A DNA stretch of 64,000 bases from a virus. Its lineage: Duplodnaviria; Heunggongvirae; Uroviricota; Caudoviricetes. This document shows positions 1-13,000 of the stretch, piece after piece; positions within the stretch are counted from its first letter, which is position 1; every line of letters starts with the position of its first letter. The stretch is taken from positions 58,906-122,905 of IMG/VR virus record IMGVR_UViG_3300001528_000136; one strand, 5' to 3'. Both the position numbers and the translations under genes were made by a program. A model generated the notes under the pieces. The model was given only the letters and a program-made list of their open reading frames with translations, had not been told where the DNA came from and ran no database searches.

Positions 1-2
1 AT

Positions 3-893
3 ATAAAAAGTAATATTGTTACCCTTAGAAGTGTTTATGGTAAGGTTGGATAGAAATATTTTATTCAACCACAAGCAGACCCAAAAACTGGAAGATTTCC
101 TGATTGTGTCAAAAGAGTAGATTCTCATGGTGATATTATTTTAACCGAAGCTGAAAGAGAAGATGAAGCTAATGGTGTAAGAGCTTTTGTCAGAGAGGAT
201 AGAGTATTTGAAATCACAGATGGAAAGACTTATAATCTAGATGACATTTATCAGAGAGCTGAATGGGAAGCTATTAAAAACTGTGACCTTATTGCTCCAG
301 ATAGATATGCAAAGAATGATAAAGGAGATTATTTAATTGATGGTACTGTTGATTTAAAATCTACTAAACCTAGATATGGTGTAGCAGAACTTTATATAGA
401 TAGACCAGGATTTGAATCTACACGTAGAGTAACTAGAAAGAAACAAATACTTCAAGCATCTAATTTTATTATGAATGATGAGAGGGGATATGAAGGAAGG
501 GTTCTTATAGCTAGAGTTCTTGGTAGAAATATGAATAATCAACCTAATTCAGTTGTTGAAGATTATTTATTGTCTGTAGCAGAAAAGACTCCAGAAAAGA
601 TTATAGACTGTTATACAGGTGGCGATTTGAATTTACGTATGTTGTTTATTCAAGCACGTGAAAACAAGGTCATTACTAAGAGAAATGGTCTGTATATGTA
701 TGGTGAATCTACCATTTTAGGAGCTACAGATGATGCCGTTATTGATTGGATGAAACAAGCCAGAAATGCTAAGACATTAGCCTTAATTCGAAGAGAATCA
801 TTCCCTGAAATGTATGAAGATGATGAATTTGATGAAACTCCTAGTTAGGAACCATTAGATTCTAAATCTAATGACAAGAAGGGTAAAAAATAA
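3..893 (+). CDS. Conserved crAss-like virion/morphogenesis protein, 5'-partial (>296 aa, TAG=Gln)
   Basis: The frame is open from base 3 to TAA 891-893 with only TAG at 51 and 846. It contains track ORF 471..848. Assignment to the capsid gene block is inferred from position. Confidence 0.7.
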
Positions 894-911
894 GCTTAAT
901 TTGATAATACT

Positions 912-2069
912 GTGACCAGCAGACAAGTTTTTGAAGCGACTTTGATTGAATTGAGTAAGATGTAGATGCCAGCTCTTAAATTACATGAGTTTAATTACCT
1001 ATTTAATAAAGCTATTAACTAGTATATTAATAAGGTATATAATATTTATGACATTAATTAGCAAACTACTGATGATTTAAGAGTACTAAAATCTACTGCT
1101 TATATGAAGCCACATAAAGTCACTTATGGAAATTTACCTTATAGAAATTATAAGGGTAATGATACTGATAAGGACTCTATGAATAATGATAAAGTTACTC
1201 CTACTACTAATTCCTATAATGGTGTAAGTCCAAATAAGGTAAATTATAGTAATGCCAGTTCTTATCTAAGTTCAACTCATTCTTAGATTCAATCTTTGAA
1301 TGGTGCTACTTATGAGGTATTCATGCCTATTGATTATTTACATATGCTTAACTGTGTATGTATTTATTATGTAGCTAAGCAGAAAGATTGTTATGATGCA
1401 GGTTCTTATATTTAGATTCCTGCAACTCGTCTTACTGCGGATTCTTGGAGTTAGATTGTGACAGATATTTACAATCGCCCTACTCCAATGCATCCTTATT
1501 ACTATATACATAATTAGAATACAAACATTACATTACCTACAGCACCTGTAATAGCTGCAGATGGTGGAGTATCTGATGAAAATCCAGCAGGATATTCAGG
1601 CACTGATTTAGCAGGTACTTATAGTGTATCAGATTCTGATGATAAAGTGGCTACAGATAGTGTAGAGGGTTCTAACTTCCAAAGAACATTTAAATTAAAT
1701 AATAATAAAGAGATTTCTTTGGTAGAAAGACCAACTGCTACTCGTATAGCTAATCCTAGTAACGTTAGATGTGAAATCCGTTATGGTAAAGATGATTCTT
1801 TATTCTAGTTAGTAGAAGTATAGATTGATTATGTGAAGAGTCCTCAGTTTATTCGTCTTACATAGGAATAGATTGATTTGACAGAAGATACTTCACAGAT
1901 TATGGAGTTTCCAGATTATGTAAACCAAGAGATTATTAATGAGTTGGTACATTTAGTTATGGTTCATTCTAATGACCCACGACTTGCTAATGATATTTAG
2001 ATGACTAATACTATTGCTCGACCAACTGGACAGTAGTAGCAAGCTCCTCAATAGTAGGCAGCACAATAA
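912..2069 (+). CDS. Putative tail ring / head-tail connector protein (385 aa, TAG=Gln)
   Basis: GTG start and TAA stop. It reads MTSRQVFEATLIELSK..FNYLFNKAINQYINKVYNIYDINQQTTDDLRVLK, resembling crAss ring/tubular proteins. It ends in a Gln-rich tail GQQQQAPQQQAAQ written with CAG, TAG and CAA. Confidence 0.65.
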
Positions 2070-2091
2070 TTTTAATTATTTATAATTAATT

Positions 2092-3105
2092 ATGGCAGGT
2101 TTAAATTTTCAAACACAGACTATTATTAATAGTAATCTGGACCCAGATTCTGGTAAAGGTGTGGTTCTCTTTGAATCTAAGAAAGAGAAAGTTGACGGTG
2201 TTTAGAAAGACATCGTAAGAATTAAAAGAGATTTTCTTTTTGTAAAGGATAATGTTGATTGCATTCGTAGACGCAAGGGTTATGAAGCAGAGTTATGTAA
2301 AACAACTATTGATTTTACTAAGTTAATAAATGACTTAGTACCTACTGAGGGAGTAAACTATTGTCGTCTTGACATTTATATTGGTGTTGAGGGTGCAGAA
2401 CCTTACATTTACTCTACACCTTGGTATCACAAAGGTAAACCTTTCTGGGTAGAATTTATTGTAAAGAAGGGTGATAAAGCGCAGAATATTGCAGACCGTG
2501 TAGAAAAGACCATTAAGTCCAATCATATTTTTCAAGTTGATAAAGACCTTATTAATGTAACTAATGATAAAGATGGTAAGCTTACTCTTGAAGGGGCTAC
2601 TGAGTATCAGAGATTTAGAAAGATTGAAATTAATATCTTTGAAGCTGATGCTGATTATGCTGATTTAGTTACAGAATTAGACCCTAATAAAGTAGTATCT
2701 GATGCGGCTATAGCTCTTGTAGCTAAGGGTAAAAATGCTTTTGGTACTTATTCTCAGGTTATTAAGGATTTGAGACTTCCTACTGCTGCAAATTATCAGT
2801 GGCAAGCTATTAGACAGGTAGAGGTTCCTATTGTAGGTGCTATTTATGACCAATATATAATTGAGTATCATGCTCCTGCTAATAGTCATCCATTGTCAGT
2901 AGTTGGTGGTCGTCTTGACTCTTATACAACTCATGTATTCTGGGTTAAGAATGATTCTGCACTTATTACCGCATGGGAAACAGCTCTCAAGACATTAGGA
3001 ACTATTACTGACTCTGATACTAATTCAGCTGTAGAAACTGCTGTATCTGGTTAGGCTATAAATACACAGTCAGAACTCAACAAGGGAGTTAAAGTAAGTA
3101 AGTAA
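2092..3105 (+). CDS. Putative auxiliary capsid / major structural protein (337 aa, TAG=Gln)
   Basis: ATG 2092 to TAA 3103-3105, which overlaps the next ATG (TAATG). Only 2 TAG. Contains track ORF 2770..3054. The product is inferred from size and position. Confidence 0.55.
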
Positions 3106-3539
3106 TGGAACAATCAATAATTGAATGGCTTCTCGCAATTATAGGTAGTGGTGGTATAGGTGCTGCCATTACCTACATTTGCACTTTTAAAAGTAAAAAG
3201 AAGCAAGTAGAAGCAGAAGCTGAATCAACAGTTATTGATGTAGCTCATAAAAAAGAAGACCTTAAATAGGATTAGTATGATTTCTTGCAAAAAACATGTG
3301 ATAAATATATAAAAGATTATCATGAATTAGAGAGTGATTTTAGAAAGCAACTACAAGATTTAAGAGAAGAAATAGACAAAATATCTCTTGAAAAATCTAG
3401 AGCAATAGCTGACAAATGTACTGAGATTGCTGAACTAAAATCGAAAGTTACATATTTAAAAGGAATCAGATGTTATAATTTCACATGTTAGCATAGAATC
3501 AAAGAAAATCCTGATAGAAGAAATAATAATGTACATTGA
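3105..3539 (+). CDS. Membrane protein, holin-like (N-terminal TM helix, coiled coil, C-terminal CxxxxC) (144 aa, TAG=Gln)
   Basis: N-terminus MEQSIIEWLLAIIGSGGIGAAITYICTFKSKKK is hydrophobic then basic. A heptad-rich middle is followed by RCYNFTCQHR. 3 internal TAG, TGA stop. Confidence 0.5.
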
Positions 3540-4224
3540 GAAGTTAGCAAGTCAAATTAGAAATGATGTAACTAGTGGTTTGAGAGGTTATCATCAGAAT
3601 CTATCCATGAATATGGAATAGCTTCAAGATGAGATAGTTGCCTGTCGATTGGCTATTCTTAATGAATATTTTTTAAAGGGAATCTTTCCTATCAAAGACT
3701 TATTAATTGCTATAAATTGTATTGATGTAGATTGTGAATCTTTAGAGAGATGCTCTTGTGGTAAAACTAGTTAGGGACAACCCATAAAGCATTTTGAAAT
3801 ACCACAAATTGTCACATAGTATGGAAAGCAAGCTATAGATTATATAGGTTCTTCTGATAGACAAAATAAATTTACTGTTATATCTTCATTGTCGGAATTA
3901 AAAACAAGACAATATAAAAGAAGAGGATTATCTAAACCTTATGTTTGGATAGATTATTCACCTAATGCAAATGGTATGTTAGATTGTTTCCTTTTTAATG
4001 CACCATTTGTTAAATAGGTATCAATAGTAGCAGTATTTAAAGACCCTAGATAGTTAAATAGGTATAGTTGTTGCAATACAGATGAAATTAATGGTCCTGA
4101 TGTGAATAATAGCTTTATTGACCAGTTAATTAAAGATAAACTAACTAAAGAAAAGCTTTATTATTACCGTCAAGCTGTTGCACCTCGATTACCTAATGAC
4201 CAACAATATACAACAGGTAACTAA
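3529..4224 (+). CDS. Putative tail ring protein (231 aa, TAG=Gln)
   Basis: ATG 3529 to TAA 4222-4224. It is absent from the track because TAG breaks it. It reads MYIEKLASQIRNDV..FEIPQI..VAVFKDPRQL, crAss ring-protein-like in size and motifs. Confidence 0.6.
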
Positions 4225-4228
4225 TTAT

Positions 4229-4915
4229 ATGAACTTTAATTATGCCATTAGTCAAGCCTAGACATTATATGATGTTGATGGAGATTTAGAAGATTTATAG
4301 GAAATTGGTTTAATTGCTTATAATAAAATAGGTAATAAGAATACACAACTCCATTAGATATAGTTAAAGGTTGATTGTACTACTGGTACAGCTTAGTTAC
4401 CATGTGGAGTTGATATTATTGAAGCAGTTACTTATTGTGGTGAAGACTTTAACTATACAAGTAATATACATGATAATGGTGAGCCGTATACTGCTTATGT
4501 AGAGAATTATATAGAAAGTAGAAAAGCTTTCTTAAATCCTTATTATATGAGCGGTAAATTTGTAAAGTATAAGAAAGTTGGCAATACTCTCTATATAAAT
4601 AGAGGACTTCCTATGATTAATGTTTTATATCATGGAGAATTACTTGACGAAGATGGTTTACCAGATATAAATGATAAAGAAGCTGATGCAATAGCAGCTT
4701 ATATAGCATATACAATTAAATATAAAGAAGCTCTTAAAACTCATAATTAGATAATTATGTAGGAAGCTAAGGATTTAAAACAATAGTGGTTATTTAATTG
4801 CGATGCAGCCAGAGTTCCTATGTATATGTCACAAAATGAACTCAATGATATGCTTGATGCTAGATATTCTCACAATAGAAAAGTATATAATAAATCTTAT
4901 AAACCAATTATGTAA
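4229..4915 (+). CDS. Putative tail ring protein (228 aa, TAG=Gln)
   Basis: ATG 4229 to TAA 4913-4915. Contains track ORF 4547..4750. C-terminus is ARVPMYMSQNELNDMLDARYSHNRKVYNKSYKPIM. Confidence 0.6.
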
Positions 4916-4950
4916 TAGGGAGGCAATTATGTCTCCCTATTTTTGTTTTT
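4915..4950 (+). terminator. Intrinsic terminator
   Basis: Stem ATAGGGAGGC / GTCTCCCTAT (10 bp, one G.U), loop AATTAT, then TTTTGTTTTT, directly after a stop codon. Confidence 0.85.
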
Positions 4951-4958
4951 GAATGTAA

Positions 4959-5417
4959 ATGAATATGATTAAAAAACGATTAGCAACTGGGCATTCTTTT
5001 AACAGTCATGATATATTTATGAACCTTAAAGTGAATAAATTAAAAATGACTCCAGAGCTATGTAAAAAATATTATTCAGATGGTAGTAAAAGAGATTTTG
5101 CTGCATCTATCTTTATGTATAGTGTGAGATTAGTAATGTAGGATATTATAGATAATGGTACTTAGTTTAAATTGCCGGGAATGGGCAGAACTCAGTCTTA
5201 TATTGAAATGCAAAGGACACAAGGGGAAGACTTCAAAAGAGCATTTAAACATGGTAAATGGCGCGATGTTGATTTTATTACTTCTAATTTTAGTGGATAT
5301 TAGTTAAGTTTTAGAATGGAAAGTAAAAAGAGAACATAGCGTATTAAACCTATCTATATTAGTTCTAAATACAGAGATTAGATAACTGAATACACTAACT
5401 AGGGAAAACAATATTGA
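4959..5417 (+). CDS. IHF/HU-like DNA-binding protein (152 aa, TAG=Gln)
   Basis: Extends track ORF 4959..5141 through TAGs to TGA 5415-5417. Contains FKLPGMGRTQSYIEM..VDFITSNFSGYQL. Basic. Resembles the IHF-like genes of the crAss late module. Confidence 0.5.
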
Positions 5418-6019
5418 TATAGAAAACTATTTAGGACTATTATGAACAGATATATGAGAAATATCCAGATATACCTAAAGCAGATATTAAAAGAATACTT
5501 TAGTTTGGTTGGAAATCTTTTTATTTACATAATAGTTATGGAGGTGATGTACTTATTAATTAGGGAGATTTGTGGTTTTACTCTGGAAGACTAATGAAGG
5601 ACTCTCTAAAATGGTTTGACTATTATAAAAGAAAAATGAAAGTCAAATTAAGAATAATGTATAAAAGAAAACAGATTAAATGGGATGGTTATTATTACTT
5701 TGCTTTAACTAGGAACTAGTATGAGAAATATTTAGCACAAACACATACTGGTAGAGGAAGACCTAAAAAGAACTTTATATTTGAAAAAGTATATATGTAT
5801 AAAATCTTTGATGAATGTAGTATAATGGATTCTAATCAGGTAGCAATATTTAAATATCCTTCTACTTGGGATAGAGGGTTTGCATTTTATTATCCTAAAT
5901 TAAAAACTGACAAAGCATAGTTAGTATTAACTAGAGAACCATTAAAATTTAAAGATATATTATTGTCTGAATATAATTATGAGTTTATTTCAGATGATTT
6001 ACGTAAATATAAAAAATAA
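5414..6019 (+). CDS. Second IHF-like / basic DNA-binding protein (201 aa, TAG=Gln)
   Basis: The TTG start overlaps the upstream TGA (TTGA). Open to TAA 6017-6019. Contains YPDIPKADIKRILQFGWKSFYLHNSYGGDVLI. Lys/Tyr-rich. Confidence 0.45.
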
Positions 6020-6022
6020 TGT

Positions 6023-9000
6023 ATGACAAATACAATAATGACAGCCAAGAATACCTTTTAGGATGCCTTGGTAATGGATTTAGCTCCAGATAATACACAA
6101 GCTACTTGCCTAACTAATGCTTTAAATGCCACTCTAGTTACTATGAATGGTAATGAGTTATCTCTTTAGAATGATATGGGTAATGGTAGAGTAGAAACAG
6201 CATATTTACCAGAAGGATATGTACCAGTTGGAACTTGTGAATTTGGAGATATAATTTATATAGTATCTTATAATCCATTAACTAATAAGAGTTAGATAGG
6301 ATGTTTTCCTTCTCCTGAAAGAAATATCAGTAGTGATGAAATAGGTGATGAAGAACAATCTATTAATTCTAATGAATTTTTTAAGGGCGAGGTTGTAATT
6401 AATAATTCTGTTAAAAAAATATTATCCTATAAAGACTTAAATCCAGGTGATAAATTTATTGTTTATTCCAATAATTTAAACAATACTGATAGTATAATTA
6501 CAGATTATGGTAATCAGTCTGAAAGTTTATATACATTTCCTAAAGAAGTTAGAATTAGTTTAGTAGCTATAGAAGATAGTGGTAAAATTAACTATTTAAA
6601 TAACACATTAAAATGGTATGGTAATGACACTGATAGATACTATATAAATAGATGTGCCAATAATGCTAATAACAAACCAGACATAGATAATTACAGAGAT
6701 TTACTAAATTCAGGTTATTCAGTATTTTAGTCTAAAGTTTCAGGTAAATTAGCTATATTAGCTGAATTGGAAAGAATAGATGGATTTAATTGTACCTATG
6801 ATGTATATAAAGTAGGAGAAGAAACCTAGGATAATATAGATTTTACTAAATATAGTGTTTATTTAAATTGTAATTGGAATACTTCTAATAATGATGTTAA
6901 TCCTATCAATATGTATATTTCTAATGTAAATTGGGCAGATATTGATGGTATGGGTGGAAAATATCAATTATTAAAGTACAATGCAGATGGGGGAAAAGAA
7001 GAAGGTAGTTATGAAGACTTAGATTTAAATATAGAAAATAATACAATTGAATTTACTTTTCCAGATGGATATATGCATTAGAATAAACGTATATCCTATC
7101 AAGAATTTAAAGAACATAATTTTGAACGCTACACAAAGGGTTTATCCATATAGAAAATAACACAAGCAAGAGAAGATGGTATTCCATTATCAGGAAATTA
7201 TTATATAGATTTAGCTAAAATTGTAGGAGGTAAGTATTATAATACTGAAAATAAGGAACTTGAGAAACCGTAGTGCATAAATGATTTATTAGTAAATAAT
7301 TTTTATAAAGGTTCTATATATAAATAGTTAATTAATGAAATTAATATTCCAAGTTATCAAATTATTCCAGAAATAAATTAGAGATTTAGTATTGATAAAA
7401 AGAACTTAATTCTCAAATTTGATATTACTCCTAAAATGACTTATGGATTACTATAGGACTTAACTAATACTCTTTATATAGATTTTAGCAAAGTAGGAAC
7501 TGGGTATATAGATTTAAAAGGCTATAAATATTATATAGGAACTAATTTATGTACATTGTCATTAAATACAGAAATTTATCCAGAGGAAAATAAGGGAGTT
7601 TCAGAAATATTGTTAGAGTTCTATGATAATCAAGGATTATGCGCCACATATCATATAAATGATAGACAATCTTATTCTGGAAATATTACTGAATATATAC
7701 CTTTAAATGACGAGTCTATTAATTATAAGTTATCTGCTTTAAAAGATGATGGAACCTAGATAATACATGCTGGAATTAAAGATAATGAAGGTTCAGTGCA
7801 GTTAGATAGTAATGGTATACCAAAGGAAGCTCCTAAAGAAAAAACAGAAAACCAAGAATATTACTAGAATGATGCTGGCATTTTGTACAGTAATATGTTA
7901 TATGCTGTTAAAATAACTATTAAATATAGGTCTAAAAATGTACTAGGAGATTATGAAACATCTGGTAATGATACAGTGAAATGGAGATGGTTATGGACTA
8001 ATACAATGTTTAATGATTAGTATTATACTGTGACTGACTTTAAAGATAATCAATTTAATTTGGATTTAGACATAATAGCTAATTATTATCCTAGATATAT
8101 AACTAATAAAAGACTTATTTATGAATCTGGTTCTAAAAATTTAGAATCTAATGAAATTACTAAGGGTTTAGGAACTAGTATACAATAGTTAAAAGGAAAT
8201 ATTGATTATCAAATAGATTTAGGCTTGTAGAATGCATACAATATGTTTAGTTTAAATGGTTCTAAAGGTATTGGAGTATTTGAAAATAGTACAATAAATG
8301 TATATTTAGGAAATACTTATATATCTTATACAGATAAAAAATTAAGTCAAATGACAGTTGACAAATATGATACTTCTTCCATAGAACCTTCTTATTAGGA
8401 GTATGATAGTACCTTAGTAACTAAATACGAAAGTATCGTAAATAATAAAAATTTATAGGATGTAAAAGGCATTTGGGAAGATTCCAATTCATATAAAGAT
8501 ATGATTTAGATGACTATTCCAAAAGCTACTACTAATGAAATTGACTATGTAGGCTATGATTAGGAAATGCATAGGACAAAAAATGGAAAAAGTATATCTT
8601 TAAATAATACTCATATTAGTTAGACTAATAAGGAACAATTGAATCTTGATTTATGGGCATTCAATAGATATTTAAAGTTATATCAATCTACTACAACTGA
8701 AACTCCTATTATTGAATCTTTACTTTTATCAGATTCTAATAAATGGGGACTAATATTTGATTCTGATGGAACAGTACGTTTTAAAAATATCTATTCTTTC
8801 AGTACAATTACTCTAGGTGATGATACGAAAGATCCTGGTGAGGTAGTAACTATAGTTAATAAATGGTTTGACAATGTAAATTTATCAAATATAAAAGATT
8901 TAATGAATAATAGAGCATTTTATAATAGAAAGAATGGCAAATTTAATTAGGATGTATTTAACGCACATGCTAAGTATTCTTCTGTGCGATTAGCATATAA

Positions 9001-10075
9001 TATAAAAGGTGATGGTACTATAGATTTTTCTCCTTATAAAGATGGAAATTTTAAATACTTTTTACACTCACAAGTAAATGAACAATCTACTTTATATTCT
9101 CTTGAAGAAAATTAGTTCTTTTTAAATATTGTATATATAAATAATGGTTATGCTTCTGACTAGAAACGATTTGGTTTTTCACAAGGAGATAGAAGTTGGA
9201 ACACTCAATGCTTTACGAAAGATGCTTAGGTATCTAAATATGATTTTAATAATTAGGTCATGGCTTAGCTGGGATTTATGAGCAATAAAGGTATCTATCT
9301 TTTAAATGATTATATAATGATGCCTTCTTCAAGTAATGAAACCATATATAAATGTACTTCAAATCTGGCGAGATATTTAGCTAGCTTATTGGCAGATTCT
9401 TATATTCTTAGTACATCTAATGGAACAATAAGTGTAAATACCTTATTAGAATTTATACATTATAATTATAATACATAGTTTACATAGGATGTGGTGTTTA
9501 AAGCTTCTGTAGCATCTGTTAATGATACCTTAAATATACATGGAATATAGTATAAAGAATATTTAAGTAAAATCTTGACTAATTTAGAATCAACGACTTT
9601 AAAAGATACAGATACTAATGTAAAAATAGAATACAATTCAATAACAAAGAATATTCCTATTTAGTTATCAATTAGTTCTATAGCCCCTATTTAGTAGAAT
9701 ACTTCTAATTACATTTGGAACTCAGTCTCTAATAATGAAGATGTTGTAACTTCCGATGTAGGATATAATTAGATATATTATATATCTAAAGACAGATAGT
9801 TATTACCAATTGCAGATAATTAGATATTTTCCATATTTAAATTTAATACTATAAACGGAATTACTGGTACTAAAGAAAACTACGATTTAGCTCAACTATA
9901 TACAGCATTTTCTTATAATAATGGCTTACAAATTAAACCTAGTTCTACTACTTATAGTCAAGTAGGAGGAACAGTACATGGAGTTACCTTGGATAATCCC
10001 GTACTAAGAGAATTACCTTTAGACAGTAAAGTATTTAAATCTAGTAATGCCGATTTCTATCATGTCAAGTTTTAA
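6023..10075 (+). CDS. Large tail protein, tail-stabilisation-protein-like N-terminus (1350 aa, TAG=Gln)
   Basis: Track fragments 7556, 8639 and 9278 share this frame. I read most of it and found only TAG interruptions. N-terminus ..MDLAPDNTQATCLTNALNATLVTMNGNELSLQNDMGNGRVE..SQIGCFPSPERN is typical of crAss tail proteins. Confidence 0.7.
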
Positions 10076-13000
10076 TTATTCATTTCAAATACAAACTAAA
10101 GTAACTCCTACTAAAGGGCATTTGGTATACGAATATAATCCATTTAGAAATTATAGATGTACACAAAGAATGTTTGAATATAAAGGAGACTACTATACAT
10201 TAGATTAGTTAAAAGAGCAATTTAATATAGAACCAGGTGAAGACAACAAGATTTGGTTATAGAATGGTTTAGAGAATGCTTAGTTAAGCAATGATATTAC
10301 TCTATATGAAAGAGGATAGTTAATGGATTTTATAACTGATGAACTTAAATTTGATTTAGAACATCCAGTAAATATTATTCCTCAATACAGTTATGATGGT
10401 TCTGTTAATCTAATAATTAATGATGGGTTTAATTAGCCCAGATTAATTAATAGCAGATTTAGTGCCACAGGTATGAATACTTATGAAGTCATAGATAGAA
10501 AAGGCAATAATGATACTAATATTTATGACCAAGGAGAACAATTTGATATAGATACATCTCTTTATAAAAGAGTAGTTAGTATTCCTAAATTAGAATATAA
10601 TGGTACTTCTTCTGGTGGTAATTTATCTATTGGCAATTATCATTTTTATATTAAATTATCTGATGCTGATGGTAATGAGACTGACTTTGTGGCAGAATCT
10701 GGATTAGTAAGTATATTTATAGGATTTGGATTAGCAGACAGTTTAACTACTGGAGTTAAAAATGAAAATAGCTATAAAGGAGTTGATTTTACTTTATCTA
10801 ATATAGATCCCTCTTATGATTATTTATATGTATATTATTCTAGATATACCGCAGAATAGGATGAAAATATAAATATAGAGTATAAAAAGATTAATAAGAA
10901 ATTTATAGTTAATAATGCTGGTATAAGTAATATTCATATTACAGGATTTGAGCAAACAATCAACCTAACTAGTTAGGATATTAATCTTAATTATAATGTT
11001 GTTGATGCCGTAAAAGCTCAAACTCAATGTTAGAATATGTTGTTTTTAGGTAATGTTCATAAACCAGAAATACCTTATAAAGAATTATCTGATTTAGCTT
11101 TACATTTTTGTCCTTATCTGAAAGATAAAAAATATGAGTGTTTATAGAATTAGAATTATATTACTTAGACCTCATCAATGGGCTATTTAGATACCAAGTA
11201 TATTTATAATTATGTAGGTTATTGGGATAAAGAATTTTACAGACTAGGTGTTGTATTTATATTGAATAATGGTGAATTATCACCTGTTTTTAATATTAGA
11301 GGTTGTACTAATATGGTTGAATATAATAATTAGCAATACTCTAGTATACCTGTTTATAACGAAAAAACCAAAGAAAGAAATTATATCCCTTATAATGAAT
11401 CTACTAATTTAATTATATCTCAAGAAACTATAAATGCTTAGAATTAGAATGTAAAAGGTGTAATTAAGTTTAAGGCTATGAATGATACTAACTAGATACA
11501 TAGCTTAGACATTAGAATTGACACTGAAGCTATTAATGAGTTAAAGAAATATATTAGTGGTTTCTTTTTTGTACGTCAAGCACGTATCCCTACTATATTA
11601 GCCTAGGGTATTACATTGGGAATTGATTAGACTTCTTACACTCCGACTATACCAACGGCAGGAGGGGACTTAGATAAATTAAGGGATTCTTTAGATAAAA
11701 CTTATGTAACTACAGAAGATATTAATGATGTTAATTATGTTTCCGAGGGATTTTTATCTAGATATACCTTTAAATTTAAAAAGAAATCATCTAGTTTATG
11801 GAGTAAAATAGGCAAAGTAGGGTTAATTACCGCTGGAGTAGTAGCATTAGCAGCTGCTACAGTATTTACGGCAGGAGCAGTAGGTGCTGCAATTGGAGGT
11901 GCTACATTAGCTGGTTCTATATTTGCTGGTTCTACTGCCATTGGTAGTATTTTAGTAGCAGCAGGAGCTGCAACTACTGGATTAGGACTTGCTACAGGAA
12001 TTGCTGGTTCTACAGCAATAATAGCTACTGGAGCAGGAGTTATAGCGGGCGGAATAACTGCTGCTATAGCAACAATTAACACAGCTAAATATAATATTTA
12101 GTCTTGGACCAAAAAGAAAATAGATGGGCGAAATACTAAGTGTCCTAAAGAATATAAAATTGTAGAAGTTGAGGATTCTCGTAAATTAACTCAATCATTT
12201 ATTGATAGATTAATTATTAAAGATAGTACTAAAAATAAGATTTAGGCAATTATATGTCCTGATTATGAAGTAAATCAAGCTTATTTTAATTAGATATTCA
12301 CAGGAAATGAACATTTAATAGAGACTACTAATTCACAAGGTAGTAATTTATTAATGGGACATAGTTCAAACTATTTTTCACAAGATAATAGACATTATTA
12401 TATTCCAGACTATTATGATATGAATTTAAATACTAATGGTTTATATAAAATAGTTGCTGTTCCTGATAATGTTAAATGTGTAGGTCTTGATAATATCAAA
12501 TTTAGAAGTAGAGCAGGTGATGCTGAGGAAGCTTGGAAATATGAATGTATTGGAGACGATTATAAAAGTGAATATTCAAAGAATAATTCAGATGAAGATT
12601 CTGAAACTATATCTAATAAGAAAATAAATTCAGATATAATTAGAGGTAGTTATGGTGCTTATTTAGGATTTAATAATACAGGAAATAAATTAGGGGCTGC
12701 AACTACAGTAAACATTTATATACCAGATTATTCTATAGCTAATTTAAGTAATTACATGTAGATAAGAATGGATGATAATTCTACATACAATGCAATTACA
12801 GATAGAATTAGTATAAATGATTTGGATAATTATTTAGTAACTTCTAAATCAGCATTACAAGGAGTTGATTATTATAAAGATGGATATTAGTTTAATGCTT
12901 TTAGAGGAGATTGTTACATATGTCAATTTACACATAGGATAAACAGGAACTTTCAAGACCCTTCTGCACCGTATAATGATGAAATAGTTGATGACAATAC

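Noticed and set aside
11735-12082. Minus-strand 115-aa Ala/Pro-rich track ORF
   Set aside because: Antisense shadow of the GCN/GGN-rich hydrophobic insert of the + strand tail gene.
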